Shown: positions 14,428 through 27,230, numbered from the stretch's first letter. The stretch: 64,000 nucleotides of DNA from Tricharina praecox (GCF_024521635.1 NW_026250403.1:2108001-2172000), one strand, 5' to 3'. Numbers and translations are program-made. Notes: generated by a model not told the origin, from the sequence alone.

Positions 14428-14785
14428 TTGGCCAATGGACATGCATGCCTCTCATGCATGGCCGGAGGCAAGACCTTTCAACTTTGAAAGGAAGAAGACC
14501 TCCGCGTATAACGGGGGGGGGGGGGTAAGTAAACCACGGTATACGCGTATAACTTGGGCGGGGGACAGTAGCCCAAGTTATACTTCTTTGGTTTTTTTAT
14601 TTGCTCGTCCGAAAAACCGTCTGTCTCCCGGTTTCGGAGAGGTGGCCTTGGCCATGCAAGCCTCACACACACATATGGCCAGGAGGAAAGACCTTTGCTG
14701 TCACAGACTCACAGCAAAGGAAGAAAACCTCCGCGTATAACTTGGGGGGATAGTAAACCAAGTTATACTTCTTACTTTTTTCTTC
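14428..14785. repeat. Degenerate tandem duplication (about 220-bp unit) carrying GTATAACTTGG...CCAAGTTATAC hairpins
   Basis: GGCC.GGAGG.AAGACCTTT at about 14460 and 14676; GAAGAA.ACCTCCGCGTATAAC at 14491 and 14720; perfect stems 14547-14559/14571-14583 and 14735-14745/14758-14768. Confidence 0.8.
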
Positions 14786-15648
14786 CCCGTCAGGGGCCAT
14801 CCAACGGGAGCAAGTCGGCAAGTCAAGTCTTGACCGACTTGGACCTCCGGAAGAAGGGGGAAAGAGCTTTGCCGGCAGCAGAAGAGAAAACCCCGATCTT
14901 TTCTGCTCAGCCTCGAGGGTTGGACCCGTCTAACTGCAACAGTCTACTTTGTAGACCGGTTGCACGGATCCCTCAGTTTCTCGCTGCTACGGCTGATCAG
15001 GATAGCTCTGTAAGGTTATTTTGGAAGTAAAACGTGGGGGGGGAGAGGGACTTACCTCGAGGATTGAGCTCGGGCTCAGGTGGAAGGAAGGAAGGAAGGA
15101 AGGTAGCATTACTGCCAGTATCCTTATCGTCGGTATCGGACCATGGAAAATAATTAAACTACCTAATCTAAGTAAGTAGCATGAATCACCAATTAGTGCT
15201 GGACGGGAAAGAAGAAGAAGTTAATGAGTGGAGAGAGGAAGGAGAATGAGAGGAAGGGTGGGGGGAAGGAGGGTTTTGTAGGTGAAGTGGGTGGATTCCA
15301 AGCAACCACTTCTAGCGCACTAGCTGCGACTCAAAAGTTTGCTTTTCAGCGAACACCGCTACATTCCAAGGTGTCGACGCATTTTTGACATCACACGAAA
15401 TCATTCGACCTCCGAGTGAGTGAGTATGAACTCCTTCCCACAGCGATGATTAAACAAAAACAAAAAAAGAATAGCGATAAACGCACAAGCATGTACTGAT
15501 TAAACCAAGAAAAAAGGAAGAAAAAAAGAATAGCGCTCGCCGCACACACAAAGCCGATATCAGCCTCTCGCGCAGCTCACAGAGAAACAACTCTTTTTAG
15601 CCGTGGTTGACGATTAGAAACCAGCCGTGGATCGAGAGTGCAGCAGAC

Positions 15649-15797
15649 CAGGGCGGTCAACCGTCCGCTAGTGGACTGTAGTCCCGTCCTCAATTCGCCA
15701 GCCCGGAAGACTGTAGTCCTTGTTCTCTTCAGCCGACTAATTCCGTCCCGTCTCGGGCAACCTCAAATACGGACTGGACGGACGGTTGACCGCCCTG
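15649..15797. mobile_element. 149-bp MITE-like element with perfect 19-bp terminal inverted repeats
   Basis: CAGGGCGGTCAACCGTCCG (15649-15667) is the exact reverse complement of 15779-15797; no target-site duplication recognised. Confidence 0.55.
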
Positions 15798-18173
15798 TCA
15801 AGATCTAGTAGCAAAAGTATCACGCGCGCTGCAGAGAGCGGACTTCTCACACAAAGCTCTCGGACATCTGATACAGTGCACAGGAACATTTCCTCATTAG
15901 CAGTATGATGGTAGGAATTCCTACGGATCTGGCGGGAGTCGTCCATGTGCAAGACTACAGCAACTATCAGTCTATCACTGCCAATGTTTTGATTTCAAAG
16001 CAAGAATAGGTACGGATGTCTGAAGCCAAAACTTCCAGGTCTGGGGAACTCATGAATGAATGATATCATTGGAACTGAAGTTCCTCGGATTTCCCAGTCA
16101 ACTCCCCGTTACACGCCTAGACGCAGTAAAGCCGGAGAGACAGGCCGTCGCGCTCCGCGGATCATGTTCCATCACCGCCCTTTTGACAGCAACTGCCCTC
16201 GACCATATAGAGTGCGGCGGTCGCCGGCGAGAACTCAATATCAGCTACCTACCTAGGTTAGGTGAGACTTGAACAATCTTCCCGAATCGGTCAGAAAATG
16301 AGGACAATGCAGTGAGTGATCACTTTCGATCGTATTAAATCTTTCACGACCCAACCCAGTCACCACGATCACGACCTACCGCTTAACCTGCAGAGTAGTA
16401 TGGATCTACATAGGAGAATGGATGGGAACAGTACAACCAGCAAGCCGGACGTCGCCCAGACCCGCCACGCCAAACTTTGAAGTGGTACAGTGCTAACTCT
16501 CCGGAGTCACCGAGGATCGGGGTTAGATGAACAGTTGTCTAGGATTCTTCGGCCCTGTAAGGCTTTTCTTTTCATCTTCACCAGAGCCATCTGGAGCTAA
16601 CGAAAGGCCTGAGGCGGTTCACGATTCCGCTTACGCCGCTGCTGTGTTTCTAGCTATGAACAGTTGGTCGATGCAGGGGTGACAATCTTTGCTTTTTCTT
16701 CGTTCTGAGCTTCAAACTTGGCTCCAGAACATGGAGTCGCAGTGCCGGAACCGCAGTGGCTACCTTGAAAGCTGGCGATGATGGCCGCAGTTCCTAGCCT
16801 GTCCCGTACACCGTCGATGTTCTAGTTGCGGCGTGTGTCCTCGATGCTGGTTCTTGTGGATGAAGATGTGTTTCCGGAACTTGCTCTATCGTCATCCGAA
16901 GGACCTATCAAGTACCTACCTAATGTATGTACAATACTTTGGATAGGCGTCTAGAACTGCCCAACAACACATGACCTAAGGGGCTGTGGTGAGTGGTGAG
17001 TTGAACTTCGAGTAATACGTACAATGACCGCAGCAGACATTCCCGCGATCGCGCAATTACTCGGATTTGGCGCTTATTTGCAATCGCTGCCGCAGAATTT
17101 CGCTGCCATAGATTTACCGTGCCACCCGAACCGCCAGATTTAGACTGATAGTTTCCGGAATGTCTGTTGAAAGCAAGCATAGGCAGCCGATACCGTTCAT
17201 GCTCAGGACGGGCCGCCTCATAGTCCCGGACTCCGGGATGATATCCAACCCCCCGGTAGCACGCATCCACCACGCATCGACTACCTATTAAAATCTGCCT
17301 AAGTAAGTATTTGCCAAGGTACCGGTACTTTACTCTCACCTCAAACCGCCACAATAGGTCAAACCAGTCTAGGAAGCTTGCTAAAAATTCCGTCCCGATC
17401 CTGCTGTATGTATGTTAACGTTGCATGATGCTCACTCGCTTGCTAGCATGGGAGCTCCCTTAACCCATTATGTTAAACCCTCCGCAAGTTAAGCTATGTT
17501 ACACTGCGCCTGCTCTCGCAGCAGTGATTGGGGAATCCGCAACACACGACCCAAGCCCCAGATACGGATCGCGCTGGTATTCTAGCTCAAGATCTTGGAA
17601 TCTTGCCCTAGCTCGAGCAGTTAAGCTTACGGTTTATGTCCCGAAAATCCGGGGTAGCTTCAGTGCCAAATGCGGGAACCAAATGTCGCGTGCCAAGATG
17701 ATGTCGATGAGGGATGATGGATTTCAATGTCTGGTGTCCCGAGACATCGAGGTATCCCACAGACCACGGGTTTGGCTTCGGTTTTTGACAGCGGCAGTCG
17801 GTGCGATAGCTCCGTGTGCTATGGCAGGCTGATCACCTGGTGCGTGAGCTCGCTCTCTCCCTGTGTGATGATATTGAATCTGAAGAATATACAGTTGTTT
17901 TTCCTCCTATTCCCTGTCAACATCCACTCTATGGGGGCCATTGGCAATGTTCGCTTTATTGCTGTTTCCAATTTACCTAGGTATACCATCTTGTTTTTCT
18001 GTCAGATTCAGCCTTCAGGCCGAGGATGTATGTATGTGTGTGCAATCATATAAACCAACCTGAGGGCCCGCAAGAATTTTTCGTTGCTCCTCCTCATCAC
18101 AGTCCGTCCGTCAGTCTTTATTCACCCAGTCCAGCTTCTACAGAACCGTTCATCCTCTCCCGCTTTTTTCGAG

Positions 18174-19336
18174 ATGAGGTTCTCCATCCTCGCTGGCTTC
18201 GCCCTCCTGGCCGCCTTGGTTCACGCTCACACCACCGTGTATGCCGTCTGGGTCAACGAGGTGGACCAAGGTCTCGGTTGCGGCCAGCAAGCGTCAGGAA
18301 GGCAGACTGGTGAGTGAAATCCCATGCCGTCATACATCTCCCAGCCCGCACTGACAGTCCCCAGGTGAATCCGTATACATCCGATGCCCACCCAACAACA
18401 ACCCGGTGAAGGATCTGGACTCCTCGGCGATGGCCTGCAACGTTAACAACGCCGTAGCGCCCCGATGGGTGACCGTCAAGCCGGGCGACAAGTTCACGTT
18501 CGAGTGGCACCACGACTCGCGCGCGGCGTCGGACGATATCATCGCCTCGTCCCATAAGGGCCCCGTCCTCGTGTACATAGCCCCCGCCGCCTACAACGGC
18601 GCTGGAAACGTCTGGGTCAAGCTGTGGCAGGACGCCGGGACCACCGCGAATTGGGCTGTCGACAAGCTCATCGCCGCGAAGGGAAGGCACTATATCTACA
18701 TCCCCGACGTGGCGCCGGGGAAGTACCTGCTGAAGCCGGAGATGCTGAGTGTGTTCTCCCCGCGTCCCTTTCCCCCCATCCCCTTCCACCTCCAACTAAC
18801 CCCCCCACCCCCGCAGCCCTCCACGAAGCCGAAGTCACGTACAAAACCAACCCGGCGCGCGGAATGCAGTACTATACAGAGTGCATCCAGATCGAAGTGG
18901 TGGGCTCAGGGAGCACTCGTCTCCCCGCCGGCGTGTCCTTCCCGGGGACCTACAAGTACACCGACCCCGCCGTGAACTACAACATCTACGGCGGGAACCT
19001 CCCCGCGTATCAGTTGCCTGGCCCCGCGGTGTGGAGCGGGTATACCCGTGGAGGCGGGTATGGCGGGTCGGGGTCCGCCACGCTCGCGCCCGGGGCGCCC
19101 GTGCAGACGCAGACGCAGGGGAGTCCGGGGGCTACGCCTGCTCCGACGGGTGCTGCGCCTGGTGCTGGGGATCCTGTGGCGAAGTGGGGTCAGTGCGGTG
19201 GGAATGGTTGGACTGGGTCCACGGCGTGTGTCGCCGGAATCAGCTGCGCGAAGGTTAACGACGTAAGCCATCCCCCCCAGCCCTGCTCCTGAACAACAGA
19301 CTGACAGTGGTGCAGTACTACTCGCAGTGCCAGTAA
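18174..19336 (+). CDS. AA9 lytic polysaccharide monooxygenase with C-terminal CBM1. Exons 18174-18309, 18365-18748, 18817-19262, 19316-19336
   Basis: Signal peptide ending VHA followed by His1 (HTTV); YIRCPPNNNPVKD, FEWHH, IASSHKGP, LHEA, QYY.ECIQ, FPGTY; CBM1 WGQCGGNGWTGSTAC...C...ND|YYSQC. Confidence 0.95.
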
Positions 19337-19634
19337 ATCCAGTAAATCCAGTAACTCCTGGATGAATCTATTTTTTATACATATTTGCCTGTTTTATTTC
19401 TCTTATATGTACTCCACCTTATGTATTCTACTTGTACTTATTGTTAGGATAGCCAGCCGGTTTGTGTGGCGGCAGAGTCGAGAGCCGAGAGTCGAGATGT
19501 TGCTGGCAACTCTCCGTGTGTATGTACCTGTATGCAGCAGAATCGAAACTTCGTTGCTGCAATGCTACACTGCAACCTGCGGGAGGCGCTTTTTGATGGT
19601 ATTCTGTGAAGACTGACGACAATATGTTTCCCAC

Positions 19635-19962
19635 CGAGTGAGATCTGCTGCTCCTGAGCCTTGCGGAAGGTTAAGCGCAAAAGCGTAGAGTATCGAGTTC
19701 CAAGCCGCCAAAATAGTACTACGTATAGAACCCGATAGCTGCCGAGACTCGTTTAGTCCTGCGTGGCTGAATAGGGGTGGCGGAGATAAAGTTTCCCGCC
19801 GAGTGATATGCTGCTCCTCAGCCTTGCGGAGGCTAAAGAAAGGTGAAGGGTGAAACGCAAAAGCATAGGTATCGAGTTCCAAGCTGCCAAAATTGCTTAT
19901 AAAACTTGATGGCTGTCGAGACTCGATTGGTCCTGCGTGGCTGAATAGTGGGTGGCAGAGAT
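19635..19962. repeat. Tandem direct duplication of about 160 bp (19635-19787 and 19799-19962)
   Basis: Shared blocks CCGAGTGA, TGCTGCTCCT.AGCCTTGCGGA, CGCAAAAGC.TAG, TATCGAGTTCCAAGC.GCCAAAAT, GAGACTCG, GTCCTGCGTGGCTGAATAG. Confidence 0.9.
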
Positions 19963-20277
19963 GGAGCTGCCGAGGATCCGCGGTGGGTGGACGGGGCTAA
20001 GTGATGGACTCGTCACTCGTCACTCGCGACGGTGTTGAATGGATGCGATGTCGGGGATTGTGGAGATGGTCCACAGAGACCCGGTGAGGGGCGGAGGAGG
20101 TTTGTAATACCTAGCCGATGGAGCCTACCTATTGCCGTACCTAGAACAGCAGTTGTGAACACCTACATATGCACATACATCTTTACGATCAGACGATGTC
20201 TTTCCTTTGCTTTTCTTTACGGCGAACCCCCAATTCTATTATCATACACACAATCCACGAAACCGCCACCCTAAAAT

Positions 20278-21936
20278 CTAATCCGACCCGAAATCGACAA
20301 CCCAAAAAGCCGCATGCCCATCTGAATTCGCCACCTCGTTCGAGCCTTTAAACACAACCCACCTCTCATCCCTCACCGCGCCTGCCAGCTGCATTCCCAC
20401 CGCCGGAATACGGCAACGGCTCGGTTGCACTTCCATTTGCACTTCCACTTCCATAGCCGCGCCCTGCTCTTCCTCCCCTGCCGGCGGCGGGAGCACCCTC
20501 CGCCTCGCGTACTCAACCGCACCATCGTAGCAGACCGCGTCGATCTGCACTCCCTTCTCGGACGGGGAGAGGACTATGCAATCGCCATGGTGTCCGAACA
20601 GCTGTGTTGCCTGGACGTCTGTCCTTCCGTACGTGATGGCCTCGTGCAGCTCTACAGCGGTGGCGCTAAGGATACGGATCTTCCATGATTTTGCGGCGGA
20701 GTCGTCGATGATCGAGAGCGTGTTGGTCACTGATGAGAAGGCGAAGTGCACCTGCGGTGGGGACGTTGTGGGGGGCTGTAGTGGTATGTTTTGCTGCTGT
20801 TGGTGGATGGGAACGGTGGAGAGGAGTGTGCCTCCCGACGGGATGGAGAAGAGGCGGATATTATCGCACGTTGCCACCGCGAGGATCTCGCTGTTGGGCG
20901 TGATATAGCTAGCTCGGGTACCCCACAGGCGGTACTCGATCCCGCTGAGTACCGTAGTTGCCTCCCCCGTCTTCAGGGAGAGGAGATGGAGAACAATTGT
21001 TCTGCGCGGATGGGCGCCATCCGCGGTCGCCTCCTTGTCGTGCACGATGTATCCGGTGTGGGAATCCGACATGTTCTGCGTGACGGCCGCGTGTGCCGGA
21101 ACCCCGACTTGCCACACAAGGGAAAGATCCGAAAGGTCGTAGAGTCGCATGCTCCACGGGCCGGTGGTGTTGTCACTCTCGTCCGCGTCTCCCGGTCCGG
21201 GGTTGAGCAACACCCGCAAGAACCCGCCACCCACCGACAGATCCTGGACTCTATTCACCCCGACCGTGATCCAGCCCCTGCCCGCCTCACCACCACCCAA
21301 CTTCTGCACCCCAACCCGGTTCTCATCCCGCCCGCACAAGCCCTCATCGAAGACCAACCAGCTATCGGCCGCCACCCAACAGCCCATTCCCACTCCGCCT
21401 TTTACCGTCTCAACCCCACTCACCCTCCTCACCCCCCTCTTCGCAGCAGTCCTAAACCCCTCCACGGCCGCCTCAGGAAACCTCTCCCCATCTCTATGCA
21501 GCGCCCAAACGCACTCCGCCTCTCGCGCAAACGGGAAGTGGTATCTCAGCGCCAGTGTGTAAACATACTCGCTCGCGAGAATAACGCGCCATGCCTTTGA
21601 CACGCGTTGGTGTACGAGCACGTCGAGCGGCCTCAGGTGCGCCACGATCTTTGCCAGCACGTGCAGCGGCAGCAGCGCGAACGGGTCGCGCGTCGTCGAC
21701 GGCCGCGCTTGTGTCGCTTGCAGAAGCCGCGCTGACGAGGCGGTTGTGCCGGAGGAGCGGATGCGTTTGGCCGGGCGCGAGACGGAACTGGGGGAGTGCG
21801 CGGCCGGCTGCGTGTTGTCGGGCGTTGTTAAACCGCGCTTTCGCGTCTTGGGTAAAGACGCCAGGATCGTGCTGGTCGGGACGGCGTCGAGACGCACGAG
21901 GACCCGCGACCACGGGCCGAGCGAGTGGTTGTTCAT
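20278..21936 (-). CDS. F-box domain protein with an unassigned, probably beta-rich C-terminal region
   Basis: Intronless ORF with F-box DPFALLPLHVLAKIVAHLRPLDVLVHQRVSKAWRVIL. TATA-like TATATAA at about 22064-22070 favours the ATG at 21936 over the one at 22029. Confidence 0.8.
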   Translation of the reverse strand: MNNHSLGPWSRVLVRLDAVPTSTILASLPKTRKRGLTTPDNTQPAAHSPSSVSRPAKRIRSSGTTASSARLLQATQARPSTTRDPFALLPLHVLAKIVAHLRPLDVLVHQRVSKAWRVILASEYVYTLALRYHFPFAREAECVWALHRDGERFPEAAVEGFRTAAKRGVRRVSGVETVKGGVGMGCWVAADSWLVFDEGLCGRDENRVGVQKLGGGEAGRGWITVGVNRVQDLSVGGGFLRVLLNPGPGDADESDNTTGPWSMRLYDLSDLSLVWQVGVPAHAAVTQNMSDSHTGYIVHDKEATADGAHPRRTIVLHLLSLKTGEATTVLSGIEYRLWGTRASYITPNSEILAVATCDNIRLFSIPSGGTLLSTVPIHQQQQNIPLQPPTTSPPQVHFAFSSVTNTLSIIDDSAAKSWKIRILSATAVELHEAITYGRTDVQATQLFGHHGDCIVLSPSEKGVQIDAVCYDGAVEYARRRVLPPPAGEEEQGAAMEVEVQMEVQPSRCRIPAVGMQLAGAVRDERWVVFKGSNEVANSDGHAAFWVVDFGSD

Positions 21937-24712
21937 CGCTTCCGTTTGTGCGTCGTGCGTGCGTCGTTCCGTGGTGCGTCGTATGTAGTTGCGATGTATG
22001 TGTTCAAGCAAACGCGACGTTGTTTGCATCGCGCGCGTCAGAGAAAGGGACCCGTCTGTGGCATTATATATCTACCGGCGGGCGTCTTAAAGTTAGAAAG
22101 TTAGGTCATGGCGCCGGCCCCAAGTCGGAGCTTGTGCGGCGCATTCGAAATGACTCGCGCGCGACCTGCGAGACCAGTGCCCACTAGGCTGGGCCGCCGT
22201 TACGAGCTATAATGTTTCGAGTCTTCGACGCGTGTGGATGGGCGGGCTGTGTTGTTTTCCAGACCAGCAATTAACTGAAACGAAAACGAATGACTCACAG
22301 CAGAGGACAGGCTGTAAATATAGTAGGTAGTGCTGGCCCTGCCGGCCCCTGGGGGAGGACGAAGTTGGAACTTGGTGGGGCAGCAATGCCAACATGCAAC
22401 GGTAGGCCAGCGGATGACGCGACCGACCGACCGACCGACCGACCGACGCGGTGCTTACGCGTAGATGGAGATGGACGGGCGCGATCTTACGTGACGGCCT
22501 GCTGCGCCCACTGCCCAGTAGAATTTTGATACCTACTCTACCTACATATTGGACTTGCCGCATACGGAAGGTTCGGGGGTGGGGGGGTGGGGGGGGGGGG
22601 GGGGGTCCAGGTGGAGATTGCAATACACATGTGGCAGTTCCATGGGCGCTCACTCGCCGATGAATACTGGGCATGAGATTCCTCTGTGGTAAGTGGGTGG
22701 AGCTGGCACGAAAGGTCGGGAAGTTGGTGGTCGCCATAGTTTGCCTAGTAAAGGCTGCATGCGGCAATAAATTGATGTTCTCTCTCTCTCTGTGGTAAGT
22801 GGCAAGTGGCGGGATCGCTCTCGATGAGGTAGTGGGGTTGGATGCAATGATGATTACACAAGAGCACCCGTCTGAGTCGCCATACCATACCGTAGTAATT
22901 GTACCGTACCGTATGCGACAATAAATTGAGTGAGTGTGAAGCCTCCATGAGTGTGAAGCCTCCATGAGTGTGCTGAGTGTGTGCAAACTTCAAAGTGCCC
23001 CTCCGCCGTGCGCACACGTCAAACGGTCAAAGCCTCCCTGGAACCTTCCACAGAATGCCAAAGTAAGGCCGTAGATGCGGGGGCAAAACAGTTCCTTGAA
23101 CAGTTCAACTTCTCCGGTGCTCTGTGTAGTATCAAGAGCACCTACATACTCTAGATAGGTACTTGGTATCCCAAACGGGGTTTCCCGTGCTACGGCCTAC
23201 GGATGGTTACCGACAGACAGACGGCCAGACGGACAGACAGAAAACGATTGACTTCCCGAACTTCAAACTTCAAAGTCCAGGGCCAGTTATAGTAGATGCA
23301 GACATCGCACGGACAGGCACGTACCCATACATCCCCCCTCCCCCCGCCCGTTTTGACCCAGGCTATCCCCCCGCCGCCAGTCATCGCGAAAGTTCTAGAC
23401 CATCCACCTAGACCATCCACCTAGGCCATCTACCATCCACGCCAGGAAGGGTACGATACACGAGCGCTCACGAGACCGATCGACACACCCCCCCTCCCTC
23501 CTTCCGAGTTCACGAGAGACATGCTTCAACTTTCGGCCGGACCGTCTTTTTGGCCCTGCAGCGAGAGGGAGGGATCGCTGTGCCCGACCCCGACGTCCGG
23601 CCGGACGATCCCGACACGCGCGCCGGGGGGGGGGGGGGGGGCAGAGAGAGACAGCCAGACAGACAGACAGAGAGGGAGGGGGTGAGCCAAACCAAGTGCA
23701 GATACCGGACTTCGCACCGGTGGCGGAAAAAGAAGCGAAAGACTCACGGCGCAGGGCGTACGTGCTTGGCGGAATCTGCACGACCAAGACAGACGGTCTG
23801 GCCGCTGCTCTGGCGGCAACGGCTGTCTGGTCGACTGTCCAGCGCTACCGCTAGTTGGTAGTTTGTAGAAGTTGGTAGTTGGTACATAACATGGTAGTCT
23901 AGATACCTCTGGATAAGTTACCAACCCTGTTCTTTCGCATGCTGGGACATTTCCGATATCCAAGTGATCGCTTGCAAGTTGCAGAAAGTGGGATGGTCCC
24001 AGAGTCTCAGACACGAGCGAGAAACGAACGAGAAGAAACAAATAAGAAACAAACAAGAAAAGCCCGACCGACCGACCGTTATCACGCTCGCGATAATATC
24101 TGACCCCGCCGAATGGATCTGGCATACAGTACTCTACACACCGGTACGATATATTCACCAGTACGATACGTACCATACATCATACATACGCCAGGTACAC
24201 CGGGTACCTGGAGGGATGACGGTTGAGGGTTCAGGGTTAAGGGAGGGGGGGGGCAAATCGCACAATATCCATGCACAACATCGATTGCTGACGACCGGCT
24301 GCAGTAAACTTGCACACACACACACAGTAAACTTGCACACCCACAGTGCACCCACACGAATTGAACACACACACACACACAGACATCACATCACATCATA
24401 TGTATACCCAGTAATGTACGGTACATATCGGCAAAAACAAACGAGGTGAGATCGATCTGGAGCGGTATTATGATCTTACAACGTTGGCGAACATTTTTGG
24501 CAAGGGGAAGTTTGGAAAGGGGAAGTTTGGACTGATATTGCGGCCTTGTTTTTCTTGCGGGCGTTATGCTCTCTACACGCTTCTCGGCGAGCCCGAGAAT
24601 CGAGATTCGAGAATTCGTTGGCTCGCTCGCGTAGACTGAGTGCACCACCACCGTCCACTGTCCAGCAGCTTGGTCGTGAGTCGTTCTTCCATGTTTGATT
24701 GGGGGATTGTTT

Positions 24713-24838
24713 GATTGGGTGACTGAGTGACTGAGTGACTGAGTGACTGAGTGACTGGGTGACTGGATGACTGGGTGACTGGGTGACTGGGTGACTGGGT
24801 GACTGGGTGACTGGGTGACTGGGTGACTGGGTGATTGG
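24713..24838. repeat. 8-bp minisatellite (GTGACTGR)n, about 15 copies
   Basis: Directly visible; explains the HPVTQSPS-repeat pseudo-ORFs. Confidence 0.95.
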
Positions 24839-27230
24839 GCGAAGTGTTGTCCTGCCATCTAGTACTGGGTACAATATACACGAAGCGCCATCCACATACT
24901 GGTATTCATCTGAAAGATTCCGGTGGGAAAGGACTGAAGATGCACTGAGCAGATTCGCATCCTAGTCAAGCGATCGTGGTAATACCTATCCTGCTGCTGG
25001 CCACTATCGATACCGGCTCCCGGACGATGTCGCGAAGTCACGGGTTGCCAGGTAGACTGTGTAGGTACCTGATCTGAGCGATGGTCCTGTGGAGAGGAAC
25101 TGCGATCTGGCGGGCAAGGGAAGCATTGGTTCCCACTGCCCAGCGTGGGAGAGCGTGTAGTGAAGCTAAGTGAACGGCCCGGGCCGGATCGAAATGTGCG
25201 ATGGCGGGTTCTGTCCGGGTGGGCCGGTGAGAGCCGGTCTCGTGGCGGGGGTCGGGATCGGTCGGTCGGATTGACATCGACGGTTTTTCTTTCTGGCAGG
25301 GGCAGAGTCGCGCTGTCGGACCGAAGACGTTCTCGCGTTTTTGCCGCCAAAGCAACTCGTCGACGTTGTTGCTTTCTGCATCAGCGTCAGCATCAGCATC
25401 AGCTTCCGCGCTTGTTCCAGAACGCTTTTTTTTATGCTGGGGGTGGGGGAGTCCGGGGGGGGGGGTCCATGCTTGAAAGTTGGTGGGAGGAGGAGCCTGG
25501 ACGAAGAGGTGGACATGGACATGGGAGGGATTAGCTTGTGGGTTGGCGCTGGGTGTGACAAGAGGTTGGGCGCGTGTGGAGTTGAACCGTGCTTTGCTGT
25601 GGTTGATGTGCTTGCTGTGCTGCGATGCGATGTATCTTCAAGGATTCGGCAGGAAGTTAGGTATCGAGGGGGGGAGGCAGAGCGAGAGAGTGCGTGCGGT
25701 TTCTACTTCTGCAGCCAGCAGGAGATGGAGATGTGGCAAGGTCTCTCTCTGTCTGCTCGCACTCATTGTTCGCACTCTCTGCCCGCACTCACTGTCTGTC
25801 CGCACTCTCTCTCTGACCGCACACTCTCCTCTCTCTCTCTCTCTCCCGCCTCTGCTCCCCCGGTGACAGCTGGTCCTCCGCCTGACTGCGCTGTGCACGG
25901 GTGTACAGCAAACCGCATCTTCACGTACATACGCACATACTTAAAGGCCGCCGATCACAGCGAGAAAGCCGGCAACAAATTATATTGCCGTGGTGGGAGC
26001 GAGATCACACCGACTACATCATTCTATCTCCACTGCACACTTCACTCTACATAATACCACAAGACTTGCGAACCCACCTACCCCACAAGCACTTGCCGCC
26101 TTCGCTATCGACAACCTTCTCTGGCTGCCGCTGCTTGCTTGAAATACGGTTGCTGGCAAAAAGCAGAAACAAGGATACCACCTGGCCATCGGTGGCTACG
26201 AACTACCCACGACGTAGAGTCCTCTACATACTTTCGGAACCTGAGGGCTGGCGAGAAACGGACGAAGCGACTAAGCCGGCAACGACAATAACGACAACGA
26301 CGACACGACGACAACGACAACAACGACTACGATCACGACAATCCCCCGTCCGGGACGAGACCTGCCGTGCTCGAAACCAATTCTCTTTGTGATCCGACGA
26401 GGGATCGACTTGAATCCGAGTCCCGCCAGCGTGTGCGCAACTTGAGTCTTGCACAGCAGCAGCCGCCGCAGTGGCAAATACAACGAACTAGAGTGCTCTA
26501 CTTACATACCTGTGGGTACCTACCTGCTCCGTCTGCCCTTCTCCGCCTTCTCCGCCTTCGACTGCTCCTCCTCCTGCTGCTGCGACTCCTGCTCCCCCTC
26601 CTTCTCCTTCGCCAGATTGACATCAACACCACTACCTACTGCCACCACCACTGCCACCACCACCACCGACATCCACTCCAGTCTGTCGTTTACCGCCGAA
26701 GAATCTCGCACCGCCACTCTTTACTGACCATCCCACTCGCTTCACATTCAGCTCGCGCACTGTCGACTTTGAAATCTGAACGGCGTCGTCGGTGAGGCTC
26801 CGCGAACGAACGACGTAGTCTCTCATCCCACAATAGAATAGCAAAAGCAAAAAAGCAAAAGCTGTGTACGAAGAAAAAAGAGGAACAGGCATCCCAAGTG
26901 CAGGAAAAGAAAAGCCACTTCTCACGCCCAAGCCTCGATCCCTCACGGTAAGGCAATTAGTCGTTTTCCACCAGAATACCTCCCACCCATCCCTCCTCCC
27001 CTCCGTCCTCGCACTCGTTCATAACTGCTAGTTACGTCTCTGATCTCGCTGTGTCAATTCAAAGACTCTATCTCCCCCGCTATCCCCCTCGCAACTCCAT
27101 ATCCCCCACAAAGATCGCCTCCCGACCCGACGCGTCGTTGCGAACAGACCGTCTGCTGGCCCCCACAACAGACCAGCCCCATCTCCGAACGAACCCGCCA
27201 CTTCGGCGAACACCCCATACAAAAGCCACC

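Noticed and set aside
12897-19336. GH43 and AA9 as a plant-cell-wall gene cluster
   Set aside because: Only two genes, 4 kb apart and separated by repeats; no shared regulator motif identified with confidence.
23118-23140. GTGTAGTATC matching the U2 snRNA branch-pairing region, within a small hairpin
   Set aside because: Flanks do not match U2; a 10-nt match is compatible with chance.
24391-24895. ORFs with HPVTQSPS repeats
   Set aside because: Translation of an 8-bp minisatellite that is open in all three frames.
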